Assembly (NCBI RefSeq): GCF_009914755.1
Contig: NC_060928.1
Reading direction: 5' to 3' (one strand)
Source of the DNA: the human T2T-CHM13v2.0 reference genome, Homo sapiens
DNA length: 64,000 bases
Shown here: in pieces, positions 55,181 to 64,000 of the stretch
Position numbering within the stretch: the first letter of the stretch is position 1
How the letters are laid out: every line of letters begins with the position of its first letter
The notes under the pieces: generated by a model
The model's input: only the letters and a program-made list of their open reading frames with translations
What the model was told of the DNA's origin: nothing
The model's database searches: none
Made by a program: the position numbers and the translations under genes

Positions 55181-55524
55181 TAGGTAATTTAAGTGTAACT
55201 TGGAGAATAAAAAAAGAAAATACTAAATTTTCATGCTGGAGAAACAAGAGCTCAAGGCATTGATATTTACAGACATGGGCTCTATATGGTGTACACTAAC
55301 CACCAAGTGAAACTTGTGCTGTATTAATCAAAGTATTAATAGTTTCTTTGGTGAATAAAGAGACTCTTATTTATTGAATGCTGATAAAAAAGAAAGTGGG
55401 ACATTAAAAAGCTGATGGGAAGCTCTTTGCACATATACGGGGCATTTTAAAGATAGTTTGTGGGACACCTAACGTCAGTATCTTTGGGTACTTTTTCATA
55501 GGTTGGTCAGATTCTCCAAACAAG

Positions 55525-55696
55525 TAGGGTTGCCAGATGTAGCAAATAAAAATATAAGGATGCCCAATTAAACTATATTTTCAGAAAAACAAAGAGAATT
55601 TTAGGATGAGTGTGATCCAATTATTAAATGGGGACATACTTATACTAAAAAGTATTTATTCTATATATGAAATTCTTATTTTATTTGGCAATGCTA
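55525..55696. mobile_element. MER53 hAT MITE
   Basis: TIRs tagggttgccaga / tttggcaatgcta; degenerate 8-bp TSD caaacaag/tagacaag. Confidence 0.85.
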
Positions 55697-57387
55697 TAGA
55701 CAAGCCTCTTGTATTCAATTCCCTTCCTGGAGTGTAGAATCCTTAGTGCCAAAATTCACAGAGTGATTCATGCAAAATACTGTGGCTACCATATTTCTTA
55801 CATAACTTTTCAGTTAAATGCCTCCATTTTTTACATAGTTTCCCACCTTTGGTTTTATTCTCTTTAAATAATAAATTTCCAGTCTTCTGCTGGCATGGGA
55901 AACCATTTTGCAGTTTAGTTTTTCTTAAACAACTTTTAGATTTCATAGCTATTTTTAGCTCTGTGTTTTCACCTATCAGTTCTACCTTCACACCTGATTC
56001 TAGATATACCTGTTACACCCCTTTCTGAAAGTTTTGCCTTCTGAGGTGGTAATTGTGTTTCTTCTTGGCTTCTTTTGCAGCCTGTTTAGGATTCAGGTTA
56101 CTCAATCCGTCTGACAATTATCACTTGTCCAACTATTTTTCAGCTTTATAAATCCCGTCATTTTGGGAAGGCACAGAGGCAAATATGCATCTCCAACCCA
56201 TCTTCTTTAAGCAAAAGTCAGATCTAGATGTTTTAGTAAATGACATTGAAGGAGCAGATTATCTTTAGGAAACTCTTCCTGAGACTAAAAAATGAAAGAA
56301 TTATTCTCAACTCATTTTATGAGAGAATATAATTTTGATACAAAAAAATCAGAAAGAATACAAGAAAAATATTTATGAGAAACTGCATTTTATTTTCTCA
56401 CAAATATTAGGAAACAAAATCAAGCAACTTATTTTATATTACAGTGTTTGTATTAAAGACCATAAGTATCTTTAGCAAACTGGATTTATACCAGGAAAAT
56501 AAGATATTTTTAACATTAGAAAATCTGTTAATATAATTAACCAAAAGACACAAAGAAATAAAAACTATATAAGACCGAAGAGGCATCTGTTAAATTTTCT
56601 ATTGCAATTCAAAATGTAAACTCATAGAAAACTCAAACTAAAAATAGGAATAACCTGTATTTCTACCAAATATCAAGACTAAACTTGATATTTATCATTA
56701 GGAATATTCCAATTCATGTCAAGAATCAAAAAAGGGTGCCTCTAATCAAATTGTGCTGGAAGTTTTAACCAGCTCAGTCAGTTAGGAACAAGAAATAAAA
56801 GGTGTAATTTTCTTTTAAAAAGTAAATATAGCTCTCTACTTACAGATAAAAAGATGGTCTACGTAGAAAATCCAAGAGAATGTACAGGCAAAGTATTAAA
56901 ACTACCTAAGACAATAGCACAGTAAATACACAAATGTTAATTGCAATTTTATACATTGGCAACAGTTTAAAATATAGTTTTTAAACGTAGTATTTAAAAG
57001 ACAGAAAAGTAGACACCAAGCTAAAATCCAACAAACGATGTTTTAGATTATAAAAAGGGAAATATGTAGTTTTAAATTGGAAACTTGAAAATAACAAATA
57101 TGTAACTTAGCTGTTAATTAATCTTAAGTTTTAATACAATCTGACTTAAAATCTCAATAGAGTTTGGTAATTTTATTACCAAATTGAAATTGAAAAGCTG
57201 ATTCAAAAATTCTCACGTGTCATTAAAGGATTAAGAATAACCATAAAAATTTAAGGATTACAAATGGTATAAATTCACCTTAGCAGATATGAAGACTTCT
57301 GATAAAGTTGTAAAAATATAAAAAGGGACAAATTGATACAGAGTGTGAATACCAAACTAAAGGCATGCAACTGATAGCTAAGAATGA

Positions 57388-57741
<354 letters not shown>

Positions 57742-58717
57742 TAGAGGTGTTATTACAAATCCATGGAGGACAAATGGCCTATGAAACACATGGTGCTGGT
57801 ACAATTGGGACAATAAAATTAAATCCCTATCTCATAGTACACATAAATTCATTTCAGGTAGATTAAAGACCTAAATGTGAAAAAGCAGCCCTTTAAACTA
57901 TTTAGCAAAAATATTGAAGAAAATCATTATGATTTCAACATAAGGTAACCTCTCTTAAATAAGATGCAAAAAGCACAAACCAAAGGTTAAATGAACTGAT
58001 AATTAGGTTTACATTAAAATTATAAATTTCTGCATTTCAGAAGATACTATAATCAAAAATGAGTTATATCTTGGGAAAAAATATTTCCATAAAAGGATTT
58101 GTATCTAGAATGTATAAAGAATTATATGTTAAGAAAAATAAAATATGTGAAATTAGCTTATAACTCATAGATGAGTAAGTTCAAATTGGCAATAAAAATC
58201 TAAATTATATCATTATTAGGAAAATACAAATTAAAACACAAATATCATGTCACACACATCAGTTTGGATTTTTTTTTTAGTCTGCAAATACTAATTGCTT
58301 TTAAAGATGTGGTGGAATAGGAACTCTCATACATAGCATTGAAAGTGGAAGTGAAACTTAGTACAATCATTTTGAAAAATAATTTGACCATATTTTCAAG
58401 ATGCTCAAGACTTTGACCCAGAAATTTTACTTCTAGGTACATATGCATAAGGAAATACATGGCAATAATTTTCATTGAAGCACTGGTTTTAAGTGAGAAA
58501 GACTGGAAGCAACTTATTCATCAACTAAATAATAGATAAATTGTAGTATTTTCATACAGTAGAATTCTATTTAGCAGTTAAAGTGAATGGATAGTATCAC
58601 ATACATCAATATGGACGATGCTCATAAAGAATATAGAGAAGAATGCAAGTTGAAGAATAATAGGTACAGTTTGATGCCATTATAGAATTGAAAGACATGC
58701 CTAGCAAAACAAAATAG

Positions 58718-59189
<472 letters not shown>

Positions 59190-60134
59190 CATCTAATTTC
59201 TTAAAAAGACTCTGAGGCAAATACGGTAAAATATGAAGGTTGACAAAGCTGTTGTTGAATTTGCATCTATTATTTTATAGTTTTCTATATGATTGAAATA
59301 TTTCATAATACAAAGTAGAAATAAAAGAATTAGTCCTAAAAATAAGAAACTTGGAGAGGTGAGTTAAAATATTTGATGTATCACACATTACTGTAAAAAC
59401 TATTTAAGCTTCTTCACTTTTTTTCAGTGGGCACCTGTTTCAGGCTTGCCTCTCTAATGAAGAAAATCTGGGTGGTGGAAGCTCTCATTGTATTTTTAAA
59501 ATACAGATCAAATCCTGTTGCAGCAAGTGAATGGGCCGATCTAACTGTTTTTTAAGGTAAAATAAATATTTTTATTTTTTGTATTTTTAATTGATGTAAA
59601 AGATAACTTGTTTAAAGTAATAATAGTAACAATGTATGGGTTGGTTATAGGGCAGGGATAAGTGAAATGAATAAATGCTTTACTGACAGTTTGCTTGGCA
59701 GTTCTCCTCTGATTTCCAATAGTAGCTATTCAGTGCCTTCGCCACCCTTCTCCCTGATCTCTGTCAAGCCCACTCTTTCTCATACTTGTCAGATGATCTT
59801 TCCATGGGAGGACACCAGATGGGAGTTACCTCACTCACCTGCATCTGCACCTATCCTTTCCTTTTCCCTCTAGGCTCAGAGGATGGCAGATCCCTCCTCC
59901 CTCCGCTTATGAACTTGGTGCTGTGCCCTTAGGCATCTCTCCGGTACTTTTTCTCGTTTACTGTATCCTCAAGCTCTTTGACTCATTTACCTTCTTAGAT
60001 TCTTTTTATCTGTAAAGTAACGGCAATAAATACTAATTTCCAAGTGAGATCAAACAGAGAACCTGTGTAAATGTCCATTTTTTTTCTGTAAAGGACCATA
60101 TATCTTCAAGGAATTGTATTTTATAATCTACGAG

Positions 60135-60213
60135 TTTTAATTTTTCTTTAAGTTCTGGGACACAAGTGAAAACGTACAGGTTTGTTACATAGGTATACAT
60201 GTGCCATGGTGGT
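60135..60213 (-). mobile_element. ~80-bp L1PA 3'-terminal insertion
   Basis: tttaagttctgggacacaagtg...caggtttgttacataggtatacatgtgccatggtggt. Confidence 0.8.
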
Positions 60214-60540
60214 ATTACCTAAGATTTTAAGTATGGAAAGATTACATTTACTTAAAGAAGTTCTATTCATATAATTTAGGTCCCCAAAATACCTACAGAA
60301 AACAATTGCAAAAATAAATTCATAAACAGAAACCAGGGAAACAAAGGAAAATTAAATGAGTGCTAAATGGCAAGAGGGAACCGCAGTGAAAGACATTTAA
60401 AAGTTTGTAGACATTGATTTATTAAATAGTCATTTTGGATTCTCTTCACTTCTTTTTCCCCAAAAGGTGATATTTTCTTTCCCAGAACTAATCAGAAGAA
60501 TGATATTTGCATTATGAAAATACATGGGTTTTGGTGGGTA

Positions 60541-60667
60541 TTTTTTTTTTTTTTTTTTTTGAGACGGAGTCTCACTCTGTCGCCTGGGCTGGAGTACAGT
60601 GGTGTGATCTTGGCTCACTGCAACCTCCACTTCCCGAGTTCAAGCGATTCTCCTGCCTCAGCCTCCC
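60541..60667 (-). mobile_element. 5'-truncated Alu (right arm)
   Basis: T20 plus right arm; TSD aaaatacatg (60517-60526, 60669-60678). Confidence 0.92.
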
Positions 60668-61369
60668 AAAAATACATGTTTTAAAATTGATAAAAGTGAT
60701 GTATTGTCTTATGTTCAAATTAGTAAACTGAAACAGCACTTTGATGAACAGCAGGCCATAAAAACACTTTTAAAGAGTATTATGAAGCATTACAGATGCT
60801 TTTTTTTTTGGACTAGCTGCTCATTTTCCAAATAGATTTATTTGATAGCTTTTCTCATTTAATAAAAGGATGAATTAGAAAAATATGAACAGATTGTGAT
60901 AACCAAAAATAAATGAACTTGACCACTTGGAAGAGGAGCAATTGCCAATGGACTAGAAAATAATGTAGGAGAACTTTGGCATGCACAATTTATGTATGAA
61001 TAAAAAATAAAATTTTTGACATTTAAGTTTTGAACAAGCTGCCTAGATGTGAATTTCAGAAAAAATAACATTTTAATTTTCTAAAAAATAATGTTTTACT
61101 CTAATATGTACTCAACTGTGTTTTACCTAATAATTTAAAATATTCCGTTTCTTCCTCTGTCTCTCTGCCTATCCTTTCCTTCTTCATTTTAAACATTCAA
61201 AAGTAATATCCTGATGAGGCTGACTATGATGAAGACTATAGTTCTTACTATTTTGATTCCATATTACTCCTAAAAAGGAAAAAAATTAATCTCTTGATTG
61301 AATATCTTGATTATAACTGATGCCTCTGAAAATATAATCTTTTTAGAAGATTCTGCTTTCATTCTAGCA

Positions 61370-61895
61370 ATTTTTCATTACCTTTGTAATCTTGAGCAAA
61401 TTTATTAACATCTCTAAGACTCATATACCTCATCTATAGGAAGAAAATAATAATTCAAGAATATTGTGATAATTAAAATGAAACAATGCATCTGGCAATG
61501 TGTTAAAACTATTAATTTTATAAACTATGCAAAACAAGATATTTTACATATACATTTCACACATTATCGTGTCCCCATTGGAATTTTCTGGCATCAGGTA
61601 TTAGAGCTCTAGGCAATTGAGTTTTTATTTTTCATTCATTTATTTGGCATCGTGTGGAAACATCCAAACAGCCATAAACCAACTAAGCATGAATATAGTT
61701 AAGCATTTAAGTAAAATCCTCAAAAAGCTGGTTTACTCTCTTTGTATGATGGTTAAAGAAACATGGGCACAGAGAAGTAAGGGAGAAACCCAAGGGCAAA
61801 CCAGCAGCTTTTCTATAAGAGCAAGATTTAAGACTCAGGTGTTCCCAATCCCTCCTACTGGTAAGTTTTTACTATTTCACACTGGCTTTCTTTTC
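61370..61895. mobile_element. Two MIR fragments (+ at ~61370-61520, - at ~61715-61895)
   Basis: tcttgagcaaatttattaacatctctaagactca; aaagaaacatgggcacagagaagtaag. Confidence 0.6.
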
Positions 61896-61923
61896 ATAAG
61901 ATGGAGGGGAAGCCAGTGCTTAC

Positions 61924-61992
61924 TGACATAGTGACTTAGTGATTTAGTAGTGATTATGTGACTTAGTGACATAGTGACTTAGTGATTATGTG
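61924..61992. repeat. 8-bp tandem repeat (~TAGTGACT) x ~8
   Basis: tgacatag tgacttag tgatttag ... tgacttag tgacatag tgacttag tgattatg. Confidence 0.85.
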
Positions 61993-62410
61993 GGTTTTTC
62001 CAAACAACAAACATGTGTTGCATACTTTCTGTGATAGCCAATGAGAATTTAAAGATACATAGAGCATAACTGTTGCCCCCAAGCAACAATGTAATAAAGA
62101 AACAAATATATATGAAGAGAACTGCAAAAGACTGCAAATATGTACTTTCATAGAAGTGTGTGCAAAAGGTTTGGTGATGATACTTTAAAAGGGACCAGAG
62201 AAGTCATAGCCAGGGTTGATTTCCAAAAAGGAAGATATTTGACTGATTTTGATGAGAAAGAGTAAGGTGTGTGTGTGCATGTGTGTGTGTCTGCACATGC
62301 GTGTATGTGGGGAGGTTAGAAAAATCTGATATAAATGAATGAAAGAGATCAACTCAAATAAAAACAGATACATATATAGAACTAGCGAGGAATAAAAAAA
62401 AAATGGTGTA

Positions 62411-62812
<402 letters not shown>

Positions 62813-63655
62813 TTAGAAAATAGAAGAGCTCGAGGGAGGTCAGAACAGCTGAGCAGACCTGAGTTAGCATATGGGGTATCAAGTCAAAGCCAGTGCACAA
62901 TGTGGAGCTCAAACAACAAAAACCAATGGAAAGCTATTAATGGGTTCAATGGAGGCAGACTGGTCTCCCTTAAGGTTTTCTTTTTTTTTTTTAATTAAAG
63001 AAAAAATCACCCTGGAATAGAATGGAGGAAGAATTATAGGGGTAAAAACTAGAGTGGGAAGGAAAGTTAAGAGAATATTGAGAGAAACAATGGGGGTTTC
63101 TGAAGCAGGAACAACGGACAAGGGAGAATGGATGACAAAAAGAACAAGGCAGATATTGATATACTCGTGCTATAGGTAAACAGATTGAAGCTCTAAAAAG
63201 GTGATTCGCCCATGATCACACATTGGTCCCTATTGACTTCAAAGCCAAGATGGGCTTCCAGCTGTATTCCCTTGGGTGGGGCCACATTCACCTAGAGCAG
63301 GAGGACCACTTGCCTAGTCACCCAGTGGCATTTAGTAGCTTGGAAGGTGTGCTCAAAGACAACACAGTCTCAAAGAGGCACCAGTGCACCAGCATCCTGG
63401 GTTGTTTTCCTGGAGTCTTTATTCAGACATTGTACTTTAGCAATATTATTTTCTCTTTTGACAAAATTGCTATATGAGCATATTTTATCTTCTTTTTGGA
63501 AATGCTATTACTAATGATCAAGTAATATCTGAGCCAACCTGAGTCCCTAAGAGGAGAAAAGAAAATGTACTTTCCAAAACCTATTAATACAACCTGCCTT
63601 TATATTTGGATGGGCTAGCTGATTCTGAGAACTTCATCTGTCTAAGCTTTCTCCC

Positions 63656-63906
<251 letters not shown>

Positions 63907-64000
63907 TGTTTTTTTCTTTCTTTTTCTTTCTTTCACTCTTTTTGTTTTACTTACAGAATGGCAGTGGGAAATAATCTGTAAACATACAGGTAGAAAAAAC

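Noticed and set aside
59428-59530. SSHCIFKIQI resembling a kinesin switch-I motif
   Set aside because: Lacks the SSRSH core and other motor motifs; position and flanking peptides fit the vitellogenin VWD region better.
61924-61992. Short regular repeat as a CRISPR-like array
   Set aside because: 8-bp tandem units with no unique spacers, in primate DNA with no cas genes.

Overview
This is primate genomic DNA (human or great ape, since it carries AluY and an L1PA2-type LINE-1), not microbial. Most of the window is transposable element: a full-length L1PA2-like element (- strand, intact ORF0, one lesion each in ORF1 and ORF2), a full-length L1PA4-like element, an L1PB1 with both ends, an internally deleted L1PA5/6, older L1s, Alus, ERV1/MaLR/ERVL solo LTRs, MIR/L2 and DNA-transposon relics. 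I found no intact host protein-coding gene. The main non-repeat signal is a collinear, + strand series of heavily decayed exon remnants. Their translations align, often ungapped and next to surviving splice sites, with vertebrate vitellogenin (egg-yolk precursor). They form the 3' part of one gene (~2.55-24.1 kb) followed head-to-tail by a second gene from exon 1 to near its 3' end (~27.4-61.3 kb), which fits the dead VTG2-VTG3 tandem locus of mammals. Vitellogenin comparisons use the chicken VTG2 protein as recalled from memory, and repeat subfamily names were assigned by eye; both need tblastn/RepeatMasker confirmation.
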